Assembly (NCBI GenBank): GCA_903929485.1
Contig: CAIYUY010000097.1
Coordinates: forward strand, 3,088 to 67,087
From: an uncultured Desulfuromonadales bacterium
GTDB taxonomy: Bacteria > Desulfobacterota > Desulfuromonadia > Geobacterales > CAIOGM01
DNA length: 64,000 bases
Reading direction: 5' to 3'
How positions within the stretch are numbered: the first letter of the stretch is position 1; each line of letters begins with the position of its first letter. Shown piece after piece: positions 28,689-39,052 of this stretch. The translations under genes were made by a program, and so were the position numbers. The notes under the pieces were generated by a model. The model was not told the DNA's origin, searched no databases, and saw only the letters and a program-made list of their open reading frames with translations.

Positions 28689-30467
28689 TCATACGCCCGT
28701 GGTGACGGCTTCGGCGCCGGCTATTTCCAACCGGTTCCGGCCGCTCTTCTTGGCCCGATAGAGCGCCTCGTCGGCGCTCTTTATCAGCTCCATGGCCGTG
28801 GCGCCATGCAGGGGGAAGAGTGAGACCCCCATGGAAACGGTGATTTGCGGCAAGCCCTGGCAACCGACGGTGAGGTTCAGCTTGCTGATGGCTTCCCTCA
28901 GGCTCTCCAGCCGGGTCGTGGCCTGCTCCAGCGTAATGTCCGTCAAAATGAGAACGAACTCCTCCCCGCCGAATCGGCATACCACATCTATTCCCGTGCG
29001 AAATCCCTTCATGATGGCGCCCACCTGTTTAAGCACCAGATCCCCTGCATTGTGACCGTAGGTGTCATTGAAATTTTTGAAATGGTCGATGTCCAGCATG
29101 GCGATGATCAGCGATTGATCCAGGCGCGTGGCCCGAACGATTTCCCTGTCCATGGTCTCCTCCATGAAGCGCCGATTGAACAGCCCGGTGAGAGGGTCGT
29201 GCAGGGAGAGTGTCTTCAGGGATTCGCGCAGTTTCAAGTTGGTAAGGGCCAGACTGATGTTGTCCGCGGCGGAAACCGCCAGTTGTCGCCGATGATCCAG
29301 GGTGCTCTTACACTCCAGGGGTGTCTTGGGGGCCAGATGAATTGTTCCCAACGTTCGGCAATGGCCATGGGCCAGCAGCGGCACACAAATATATGACGTA
29401 TTTTGATTCAGTACATGTTTGCAGCGAACATTGATGGACTGTTGGGCGTCAAAGGAGTGGAGGTGCCCACGTCGCAGAGCCCAGCAATCTTCCATGAGGA
29501 AAAGAGGTTCGCTGGGGGAGGAGTCACCCCACCTGGCCACCTCTTCCAGGAAGTTGCTGGCGTCATTGAGAATGAAGCAACTGCCGGAACTGTCCGGAAA
29601 CAGTTGGGCCATTGTGGCTTGGATAATGGGGTAGGTCTCCTCCGCCGACTGGCAGCTTTGCAGGAATTCCGTCATCTGTCCCATGATCAGGATCTCACGA
29701 TTGCTTTTTTCCAGCTCCTGCTGGGAGCGTCTCAGCTTGCTGATATCCCGGGCAGCCGCAAAGATCCCCGCCACCTTGTCGTTTTCGTCCAGATAGACGC
29801 TGGCGTTGTAGAGAACTTCCGTGACTGTTCCCGAGACATGGCGGATGGCCAGGGGGTAGTTGGTCACATACCCCTGTGAAAAGACCAGTTCGTAACCGGC
29901 GCGGGCCTTCTCCGGTTCGGTGAAGTAGTCGCAAAAGTCGCTGCCGATAATCGAGTCGCGGGAGACGCCGGTTACCTTTTCCGCCGCCTTGTTGGTGTCC
30001 ATGATCTTCCCGGCGGCGCTGATGGTTACCAGCGGATCCTGGCTTGCTTCAATGAGGCTCCGGGCATAGTGGGAAGCCGTTCGAAGCTGTTCTTCCGTCC
30101 GCTTGATGGAGGTTATGTCGTGGGCCGAGGCGAATACTCCGGCGATTTCTCCCGATTCATTGCAGTAGACCGAAGCGTTGCAGAGCACTTCGGTTATGGC
30201 GCCGGATGTATGACGGATGGCGAGAGTGCAGTTGGAGATATGTCCCTCGGCAAAGGTTCGCTGGTAGCCGCAACGGGTCTTTGCCGGATCGGTGAAGTAG
30301 GAGGAAAAATCGCTGCCGATCAGTTGGGCGCGCGGCACTCCCGTCATGGTTTCCGTCGCGGAATTCACATCGCTGAATTTGCCGTCGCTATCGATGGTCA
30401 CCAGCGGGTCAACGCTGGCTTCGATGAGGCTGCGGGTGTAATTCAAAAAAGATAAATGAGTAGACAT
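28689..30467 (-). CDS. PAS-PAS-GAF-GGDEF diguanylate cyclase
   Basis: Two PAS repeats (SLIEAS.DPLVTI...), a GAF-like middle, then DIDHFKNFNDTYGHNAGD and RFGGEEF. Start taken at the ATG at 30467 (ggag RBS); the ORF is open to 30479. Confidence 0.9.
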   Translation of the reverse strand: MSTHLSFLNYTRSLIEASVDPLVTIDSDGKFSDVNSATETMTGVPRAQLIGSDFSSYFTDPAKTRCGYQRTFAEGHISNCTLAIRHTSGAITEVLCNASVYCNESGEIAGVFASAHDITSIKRTEEQLRTASHYARSLIEASQDPLVTISAAGKIMDTNKAAEKVTGVSRDSIIGSDFCDYFTEPEKARAGYELVFSQGYVTNYPLAIRHVSGTVTEVLYNASVYLDENDKVAGIFAAARDISKLRRSQQELEKSNREILIMGQMTEFLQSCQSAEETYPIIQATMAQLFPDSSGSCFILNDASNFLEEVARWGDSSPSEPLFLMEDCWALRRGHLHSFDAQQSINVRCKHVLNQNTSYICVPLLAHGHCRTLGTIHLAPKTPLECKSTLDHRRQLAVSAADNISLALTNLKLRESLKTLSLHDPLTGLFNRRFMEETMDREIVRATRLDQSLIIAMLDIDHFKNFNDTYGHNAGDLVLKQVGAIMKGFRTGIDVVCRFGGEEFVLILTDITLEQATTRLESLREAISKLNLTVGCQGLPQITVSMGVSLFPLHGATAMELIKSADEALYRAKKSGRNRLEIAGAEAVTTGV

Positions 30468-30617
30468 GATGTACTCCATCCTGCTTTTTCGATCTAAACT
30501 TCGGGGAGTGGGGAGTGGGGAGGCGCCAGACAGCGGACAGGAATTCTATTCCTTGAGAGTAAGGCTATAAATTAATAATACATAAGTTAGTATTTGTCAA
30601 CAGTAGTTGTATAATAG

Positions 30618-30827
30618 TCAGATATTCGCGCCAGTGGTCGGCCTGTCCGTCTGCACGGGGTTACCGGCCGGATCGAGGATGTTAATCCGCGGCTGACCCG
30701 GATGCTGGGGTATTCCCATGGGGAATTTCTTGGCATGAAGCCGTGGGGGCTGGGAGCCTTTGCCGATGTGGCGGAAAGCAAGCGGATGTTTGCCGAACTG
30801 CCGGATAAGGGGCTTGACCACCCCTGA
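30618..30827 (+). pseudogene. Isolated PAS-domain fragment without a credible start
   Basis: The frame reads ..GRIEDVNPRLTRMLGYSHGEFLGMKPWGLGAFADVAESKRMFAELPDKG between a TAG at 30615 and a TGA at 30825. Confidence 0.4.
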
Positions 30828-30887
30828 ACGGGGCGAAATTCCGGCGTCATCATGGGGCGAAGACCGGGTAGATTTGGAGAGACGATC

Positions 30888-32648
<1,761 letters not shown>

Positions 32649-32710
32649 GCCGGCCGCCTCCGCGGCTGGAGAGGGCAATGGTTGAATCCGGGAAGAACGT
32701 TTAAGACGCA

Positions 32711-32737
32711 CGAAAGCCCGCTCATGGCGGGCTTTCG
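32711..32737. terminator. Bidirectional hairpin between convergent genes
   Basis: cgaaagcccgc tcatg gcgggctttcg. Confidence 0.6.
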
Positions 32738-32813
32738 AAATTGCTTGAATCTTTTAGTCCGCTCCCCTGCAACCCCCTTTCTTTTTGCCATGGCCGGGGA
32801 AAGGAGGCGGCTG

Positions 32814-33260
32814 CTATTTGTAGTAACCTACCGCGCAGACCTGATCGCCGACCTTTGTTACATAGGAAATTTTCTGCACCGGTTCGCTGCCGGCGGTACG
32901 GGGCCACATGTACGAGACTTCCGAAATTGCGTCGGCTGTCGCCGTGGCGTAAATCTCCTGTCCCAGGGCTTTGCCGGCTTTGTCCTTGAGTTCTTTCAGG
33001 CTTTTTCCTACCAGTTTCGGATGGGCGGTGAAGTTGCCGTCCGGTCCGCCGCAAAACGGATAGAGATCACGATCCTTGAACCCTCCCTCTCCCTTGGTGA
33101 AATTGGCCAGGGCTTCGGCCTGGTTGGCCTTGAGCGCCGCCACGGCGCGCTCCAGCATGGCCTTGGCCTCGGCGGCAGTGCCGAAATCAGCCGCCAGCGC
33201 CGGGATCGCCAGCGCCAAGAGCAGGGACAGAACCATGGTTAACATTGTTATACGCTTCAT
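32814..33260 (-). CDS. Periplasmic single-Cache-like (sCache_2-type) domain protein
   Basis: Signal peptide MKRITMLTMVLSLLLALAIPALA. The body reads A..ML..AV..LK....AL..F......F.DRDLYPFC......AHP. ATG at 33260 with an aaggagag RBS. Confidence 0.6.
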   Translation of the reverse strand: MKRITMLTMVLSLLLALAIPALAADFGTAAEAKAMLERAVAALKANQAEALANFTKGEGGFKDRDLYPFCGGPDGNFTAHPKLVGKSLKELKDKAGKALGQEIYATATADAISEVSYMWPRTAGSEPVQKISYVTKVGDQVCAVGYYK

Positions 33261-33427
33261 AAACTCTCCTTTTCTGGTGGGGGTTATTCGCCGCCGGTGC
33301 GGCGCCATGAGTAACTATTCTGAACTATTGTGCCGACATTACTGTTACGCCCGAAACATAACATAGTTATTTTAGTTGCGCAATCCAAAATAGTATCGGT
33401 CCGATTTTTAGGAAGCCAGGCCTGCGA

Positions 33428-33477
33428 CGTCAAAAGCCGCCCCGGCAGCGTGTTGCTGAGTGGGGCGGCTTTTGACG
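33428..33477 (-). terminator. 16-bp stem hairpin downstream of the 33504..33983 gene
   Basis: cgtcaaaagccgcccc / ggggcggcttttgacg with an 18-nt loop. Confidence 0.4.
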
Positions 33478-33503
33478 CGGGTAAAACGTGCAGCTCTCTT
33501 TTG

Positions 33504-33983
33504 TTATTCCGACATCTCCTCGGGTTTTTCTAAACCCTTGCCCCTGTGATGGTCGCCGTTTTTCGCCGTGGTTCCCGTTTTGGCGCCGGGGTGCGTGGGG
33601 CTCTCCTGGGGAGAACCGCTGCTCAAAAGAGATTCCAACGACTCCTCCTCTTCAAGGTCGTCGTCATCATCAAGATCGAGGAACTCATCGTCATCATCGT
33701 CGGGGAGGTACTGTTCAACGATGCGGGGCGGAACCGGACGAATGTAGGAAAGGTCACTCTCCTGCGCCACCAGGACAAAGTTGTCCAAGGGGAAGAGGAA
33801 ATAACCGGATTCCTTCAGCTCAAGGTCGATTTCCCAGAGGAGTTCGTCGGTGAGTTTGGGCACGCCTGCAAGGGAGCGGAGCTCGGGCCAACCCATGCGA
33901 AAGGGTTTGAAGCTGTCGCCGGCGAAGCTTTCGTCGTACAGGCTGATGAGGATGCTTGCGGTTTCTTCAACGGTGCGCTCCAT
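33504..33983 (-). CDS. Hypothetical protein with a strongly acidic C-terminal half
   Basis: ATG at 33983 with an aaggagg RBS. Contains the run DDDDDEFLDLDDDDDLEEEE. I recognise no family. Confidence 0.5.
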   Translation of the reverse strand: MERTVEETASILISLYDESFAGDSFKPFRMGWPELRSLAGVPKLTDELLWEIDLELKESGYFLFPLDNFVLVAQESDLSYIRPVPPRIVEQYLPDDDDDEFLDLDDDDDLEEEESLESLLSSGSPQESPTHPGAKTGTTAKNGDHHRGKGLEKPEEMSE

Positions 33984-34147
33984 GATAGACCTCCTTGAAT
34001 TGTTATGGGCTAATTGTACCACAAGGTCACGGAGATGGCGTAGGAAAAAGCTGAAAATCGTATGCTTTTTGCGGCTGACAATATTCTGCGGCGCGTGTAT
34101 AGTCCGGACGTCTAAAAGTAATTTTAAAAAAGCCGGGAGCAAGGATC

Positions 34148-35467
34148 ATGAAACAGGTATTCTTCACCCTCCTGATGTTGGCGGCGCTCTTTTTTGTACC
34201 TACCTCCGGTTGGTCTGACGAGAGCGCCGTCTCCGACCCCCCTTACCTTCTCAAGGCCGGAGTCAGCGGGTTCCTCCGTGGTGAAGGGAGCGGCGACTTC
34301 GGCTATTCACTTGCCGGTTCGAGCTACACCCCCGGTTCCGGTGTCGGTCGGCTGACCTACCGGATCCTCCCTTACCTGGAATGGAACCCCACCGATTATC
34401 TGGAGATGGAGGTTCAGGGCCAGGGGTATGGCTTTACCCTGGGGAGCCCCCGGGACAGTCACTATTCCCTGTATCAAGGTTATCTGGAAATCTCCACCCC
34501 TGAAACGAAGCGGATCAAACTTAAACTGGGACGACAGGAGTTCATTTACGGAAGCGCCTTCATCTTCGGTGGGAACAGCTTTTACAACGGCCTGACCTTC
34601 GATGGCGCCAAACTGAGGATGAAGCCCTTGGAGGAGCTTACCCTGGATCTCCTGGGGGGGTATTATGCCGCTCCGCAAAATCATTATGCGAAGGATTCCC
34701 TGGAGGGGGGGTACCTGACCTATGCCCTGGGAGAGGGGTCCGGTCTGGAGGCATACTACGTTCGCGATGAGGGTCCGGAGTTCATCCATGCGGGTGAATA
34801 TCGGGAGAGCTTGGGAGCAAGGGGGACTGTCCGCCTTGGTTCGGTCGCCCTGGAGTTGGAGCCGGTGTATCAGACCGGCCGGCTTGCCGATACTACCGGC
34901 CGGCTGGAGAGAATGGACGCCTGGGGGGGGCATGTTGACCTGACCTGGGAGACGGAAATCCGAGGAGTCAAGAACAACTTTGTCGGCGGCTACGCCTGCG
35001 GTTCCGGGAGCCAGGACGCCGCCGATGGTCGGTCAACGCGCCGGGAGTTCAGTAATCCCACCAATAACACCTCCCTCATCGGAGACATTGGGCTCTTTCA
35101 TGATCTTTCCGGCGTCACCACCAGCGACGCTGCGTATCACGCCAGCGGCCTGCGGATCGTAACGGCGGGATGGGGGATCTACCTCGGGAAAGAGCTGAAT
35201 TTTACCGCCACCGGCCGCTACTACCGGGCCGCCAGCGCTCCTTCGGGGATGAGCCGTGATCTTGGGGTTGAGAGCGACTTCATCCTGACCTGGAATATTG
35301 ATGACAATACGGCGCTGCTCTTCGCGTATGACCGCTTTTTTACCGGCAGGTTTTTCCGGGATGCCACCGGATCCACCGGAGATATCGATTACGGTTATGT
35401 CATGCTCCAGTTCAATCTTTTTTCCGGGATGAAGAAGCCGGCGCGGAGCGCAAAGAGCACCCTCTAG
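34148..35467 (+). CDS. Outer-membrane beta-barrel, alginate-export (AlgE-like) family candidate
   Basis: Signal peptide, alternating beta-strand pattern, a KLGRQEF.YGS.F..G motif, and an aromatic-rich C-terminal strand. Confidence 0.55.
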   Translation: MKQVFFTLLMLAALFFVPTSGWSDESAVSDPPYLLKAGVSGFLRGEGSGDFGYSLAGSSYTPGSGVGRLTYRILPYLEWNPTDYLEMEVQGQGYGFTLGSPRDSHYSLYQGYLEISTPETKRIKLKLGRQEFIYGSAFIFGGNSFYNGLTFDGAKLRMKPLEELTLDLLGGYYAAPQNHYAKDSLEGGYLTYALGEGSGLEAYYVRDEGPEFIHAGEYRESLGARGTVRLGSVALELEPVYQTGRLADTTGRLERMDAWGGHVDLTWETEIRGVKNNFVGGYACGSGSQDAADGRSTRREFSNPTNNTSLIGDIGLFHDLSGVTTSDAAYHASGLRIVTAGWGIYLGKELNFTATGRYYRAASAPSGMSRDLGVESDFILTWNIDDNTALLFAYDRFFTGRFFRDATGSTGDIDYGYVMLQFNLFSGMKKPARSAKSTL

Positions 35468-35676
35468 ACAGTACCCCCGTCCTGCTTAACGTTGCGCAGT
35501 TCGTTGTTTTTCTCTATTATCTTCGCGTACTCTACCGTCTTTGCGGTTCAAAGTATCACGAAACTTCAAGCCGGACAGGGTGTTCGTGCTCCCGGGAAGG
35601 CTCAATGGCTTTGACCGTTGACGGTATGCTCTTTAGCGTGAATTACCTGAAGAAAAGTAACCGGATACTCTTCACT

Positions 35677-35758
35677 ACTGAACTGTCCACTTACTTGCTT
35701 GTTTGTCTGTTTGGGCGGTATGGCCCTGCTCCGGCGGCGCAGGAGCGGTGAAAAGTGA
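35677..35758 (+). pseudogene. Frameshifted remnant of a PEP-CTERM sorting tail
   Basis: About 75% nt identity to 56651-56728. It reads TELSTYLLVCL, then after a frameshift LGGMALLRRRRSGEK*. No upstream mature domain is present. Confidence 0.5.
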
Positions 35759-35810
35759 AAAGTGCTACCCTGTCCGGCTTAAAACTTCGGCGTCAACAGA
35801 GCGACTTACC

Positions 35811-35878
35811 GTAGGGGCGAACCTTGTGTTCGCCCGGGTTCCAACGGCGAAATGGGCGAATACAAGATTCGCCCCTAC
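35811..35878. repeat. REP-like compound palindrome (gtaggggc...gcccctac family)
   Basis: The outer arms gtaggggcgaa / ttcgcccctac enclose two inner hairpins. The same architecture occurs at 48491-48568, and simpler copies at 51211 and 56022. Confidence 0.7.
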
Positions 35879-36027
35879 AAAATAATGCCATACGGGTGGC
35901 TGGGGTCAGGTGGCTCCAAGATGCCAAGATAATAAGCAAACCGGTTGGGGGGAGTCCCGTGCTTGATTGCGCGGATGGAGGTTGGATAAAGATAGTTGCA
36001 ATAAGCGAAAAATAGGAATATAGCTCC

Positions 36028-37503
36028 ATGTCCACCATCACTTCCGCCGGCGGCGACGAATCCGACACAATCTCTTCCCCTCCGGCGCCGGTAACTCCAT
36101 CCCCTCTCTTAAACCGCTCTTCAGCCTGGATTGTCCTGGCGGCGGGACTGGTTCTCACCGCCCTGGCGACTATTTTCATGAGTTCGGGCGTGGAGACCAA
36201 CGCCGGGCCGGGATTCACCCATCATTACAATTCACTCCATCATGAAAAATGGGAGCGGCTCATCATGGCGGGTGGCGCGGCGGTCACCCTCCTGCTGGTC
36301 TCCTTTATTTTGAAAGCCCGTGGGGCGTACCGGAATGCGGCGGAGTTGACTTGTGACTTAAGGAAAAGAGAACAGTTCTTCACCGATGTCATCGATTCTC
36401 TCCCCTCAACCATCGCCGTGCTGGATGCCCAAGGGGTCATCGTCGCGGTGAATGAATCGTGGCGCAATTTCGCGGTTGATAACAGCGATGGCGGCTCCGG
36501 CGGGAGCCATGTGGGGACTCGGTACCTGGATGCCATCAGCGGCGGTACTGCAGGGGAGTACGATGATGGGGCACAGGCGGCTCTGCAAGGTTTTCGTGAA
36601 GTGATAACGGGGGACCGGGAGAAATTCATTCTGGAGTATCCCTGTCACTCCCCTAAGAAACAACGCTGGTTCAGTATGAACGTCGTGAGATTAAAGGGAT
36701 CCCGAGCCGGTGTTGTTGTTTCCCACACGGAGATCACTCAGCGCAAGCAGTTGGATGACGAACTGCATCATGCCATGGATATCGCCAAAGTCGCCAATAT
36801 CACCATGAGCCGGTTGCTGCGCACCATCGCCCACGAGTTTCGTACCCCGCTGGGGCTCCTTACCGGTAGCACCGACATCGTTGATCGCTACTGGGAGCGT
36901 TTGACCCCGGAAAAACGGCTGGAGCAGACAGGGAGGATCAGGAACGCCGCGCATCAATTGACCAATCTGGTGAATTCCGTAATTTCCCACAATCACCTGG
37001 CAATGGTCAATTCCGAAATCAGTCCCACATGGCTGGATGTGACGGTTATCTGTCGTGGCATTGTCGCGGATGTGGAGAGTGTCTGGGGCGGGGGACGCCA
37101 TTGCGGGATCAGTATCGCCGCGGAGTGCGGCAGATTTTTGCTGGACGAGCTTCTTTTTCGGCGGGTACTGGAGAACCTGCTGACCAACGCCTTTCGTTAT
37201 ACCCCTGTGGCGGGAACGGTGGCGCTGCGGGTCCGGCGTGAAAAGGAGCGGCTGCTGTTGGATGTAATCGACACCGGCATCGGCATCCCGGAAAAGGAGC
37301 AGGCGTTGGTATTTGAAGCCTTCTACCGTGGCCGGAACGTGGAGGAGCGGCGGGGATTGGGGCTGGGTCTCTCCATTGTCAGCGAATCATTGTCCCTGAT
37401 GGGGGGAACCATAACTGTTTCCAGCGGAAGCGGCGCCGGGACAACCATGAGTGTAACACTACCCGTGGCTGATCCTGCAATAGTAACGGGTGACATGGTT
37501 TGA
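36028..37503 (+). CDS. Membrane-anchored PAS sensor histidine kinase
   Basis: TM segments, a PAS domain (FTDVIDSLPSTIAVLD...), HisKA TIAHEFRTPL, and HATPase DTGIGIP...GLGLGLSIV. Confidence 0.88.
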   Translation: MSTITSAGGDESDTISSPPAPVTPSPLLNRSSAWIVLAAGLVLTALATIFMSSGVETNAGPGFTHHYNSLHHEKWERLIMAGGAAVTLLLVSFILKARGAYRNAAELTCDLRKREQFFTDVIDSLPSTIAVLDAQGVIVAVNESWRNFAVDNSDGGSGGSHVGTRYLDAISGGTAGEYDDGAQAALQGFREVITGDREKFILEYPCHSPKKQRWFSMNVVRLKGSRAGVVVSHTEITQRKQLDDELHHAMDIAKVANITMSRLLRTIAHEFRTPLGLLTGSTDIVDRYWERLTPEKRLEQTGRIRNAAHQLTNLVNSVISHNHLAMVNSEISPTWLDVTVICRGIVADVESVWGGGRHCGISIAAECGRFLLDELLFRRVLENLLTNAFRYTPVAGTVALRVRREKERLLLDVIDTGIGIPEKEQALVFEAFYRGRNVEERRGLGLGLSIVSESLSLMGGTITVSSGSGAGTTMSVTLPVADPAIVTGDMV

Positions 37504-38141
37504 GCGAGAAGATCAAACACTCAATTCTTATCATCGAGGACGACCCTTCCTACCGGAGCATGATGGAGCTGATCCTCCGGATGGAAGGATTTGCGGTCCG
37601 CGCCGCAGACGATGGAGAATCCGGCCTGGAGTTGCTTCGTGAACAGCGGTCCGACCTAATCCTGTGCGACATCATGATGCCTGATATGGATGGGTACTCG
37701 GTATTGGAAACGTTGAGGGGTGAGAGTCGCCTGGCGGATATCCCCTTTATATTTGTCACCGCCATGGGGGAGCGCTTGGATGTCCGTCGGGGGATGTCCG
37801 CGGGGGCTGATGACTATCTCTCCAAGCCGTTTGTGGCCGATGAACTTCTTGCCGCCGTGACCGGTCGGCTCCGCCGTCACGGGATGATTGCCGTCAGTCA
37901 GGCAACATCGGTTTTCAGGAAGGAGCGTGACATCCTGAACTCGAAGACCACCAGGCGGGAGCGGGAGGTTCTGTTGCTGGTGGGACAGGGAATCACCTCC
38001 CGGGAGATCGCCCGGCGCCTGGGGGTCGGCGAAAAAACCATAGAGGTGCATCGGGCGAATCTGATGCATAAGCTTGACGCCCCCAATGCCGCCTCCCTGG
38101 CCCGCTGGGCGGTCATAGCGGAGCAGATGGAACGTGATTAA
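37500..38141 (+). CDS. Response regulator, REC plus LuxR/FixJ-type HTH
   Basis: ILIIEDD...LILCDIMMPDMDG...SKPF, then TRREREVL.LV..G.TS.EIA..L....KT.EVHR.N.M.KL. The TTG start overlaps the kinase stop. Confidence 0.88.
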   Translation: MSEKIKHSILIIEDDPSYRSMMELILRMEGFAVRAADDGESGLELLREQRSDLILCDIMMPDMDGYSVLETLRGESRLADIPFIFVTAMGERLDVRRGMSAGADDYLSKPFVADELLAAVTGRLRRHGMIAVSQATSVFRKERDILNSKTTRREREVLLLVGQGITSREIARRLGVGEKTIEVHRANLMHKLDAPNAASLARWAVIAEQMERD

Positions 38142-38514
38142 TACCATGCGACCGGCTTCTCTTCAAGAAAATGAAAATAGAATAGGCTGGTTAACTTATT
38201 CTTACTGTTTTTTCAGTATTTGAATGTAGCTTAACTGAGCTCTATTGTAATATTAAATAGTATCTTCCCATCCTGATTTCCTGCTTTATTTCATTCATCA
38301 TCCAATCATGTAAGGTTTAATTTTTATTTCTAGTGGTTTCCCCCAATATACGGCAGTTAAAAAATATACTATAGTAATTATAGATGATAGTTCGTAGCCA
38401 ATGCACGAGTTGTGATTATTAGCGATACTATTTTTCAGGTTGTTATTCATGGTTTTTCATGTCTGATTTGTCAGACAGTAATTTATTTCATGCAAATAAA
38501 AAAAGGATATTGAA

Positions 38515-38898
38515 ATGCCTCTGGTCCAGTGGAACGAATCGTATTCCTTGAAAAATGCCGTGCTTGATACTCAACATAAGAAATTGTTCGGGATATTAAA
38601 CAGGTTGTATGACGATGCCATGGACAATGTTAACGAATCGGCTTATGAAACCGCCGTTGGCAGGCTTTTGTTTTATACTAATTATCATTTTGACACTGAA
38701 GAACAGATAATGGGTAAATGCAATCACCCGTTTTTGTATGATCATGCCCAAGAACATCAAAGCTTCACGGAAAAAATAGGTGAACTTAAAAATAATATCG
38801 GACATGATAGTAAGGAAAAAACAAAAGTGTTAATAGAATTTCTGGTGAACTGGATAGTTCATCATGTTGTTGTTGAAGACCATAAAATCGCTTATTGA
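38515..38898 (+). CDS. Bacteriohaemerythrin-like protein in an AT-rich islet
   Basis: W...YS......D.QHK.LF, H....E, H.Q.H and HH....D iron-ligand pattern, 127 aa. The gene is visibly AT-rich. Confidence 0.85.
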   Translation: MPLVQWNESYSLKNAVLDTQHKKLFGILNRLYDDAMDNVNESAYETAVGRLLFYTNYHFDTEEQIMGKCNHPFLYDHAQEHQSFTEKIGELKNNIGHDSKEKTKVLIEFLVNWIVHHVVVEDHKIAY

Positions 38899-38931
38899 TA
38901 TGAAAACTGAATGACGCCCGTATCCCGCAGT

Positions 38932-39024
38932 TATTTGGGCGACACCGGCAGCGGGATTCCGGAGGAAATCAGGATGCGGATTTTCGATCCATGGAAACGT
39001 TCGCCGCCGGTGATCCGCCGGTGA
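38932..39024 (+). pseudogene. About 30-codon fragment of a histidine-kinase ATP-binding domain (G1 box)
   Basis: Reads YLGDTGSGIPEEIRMRIFDPWKRSPPVIRR*. No upstream HisKA or start is present. Confidence 0.4.
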
Positions 39025-39052
39025 AGTCACCCTTTGAGATTAAGGAGCCGGC

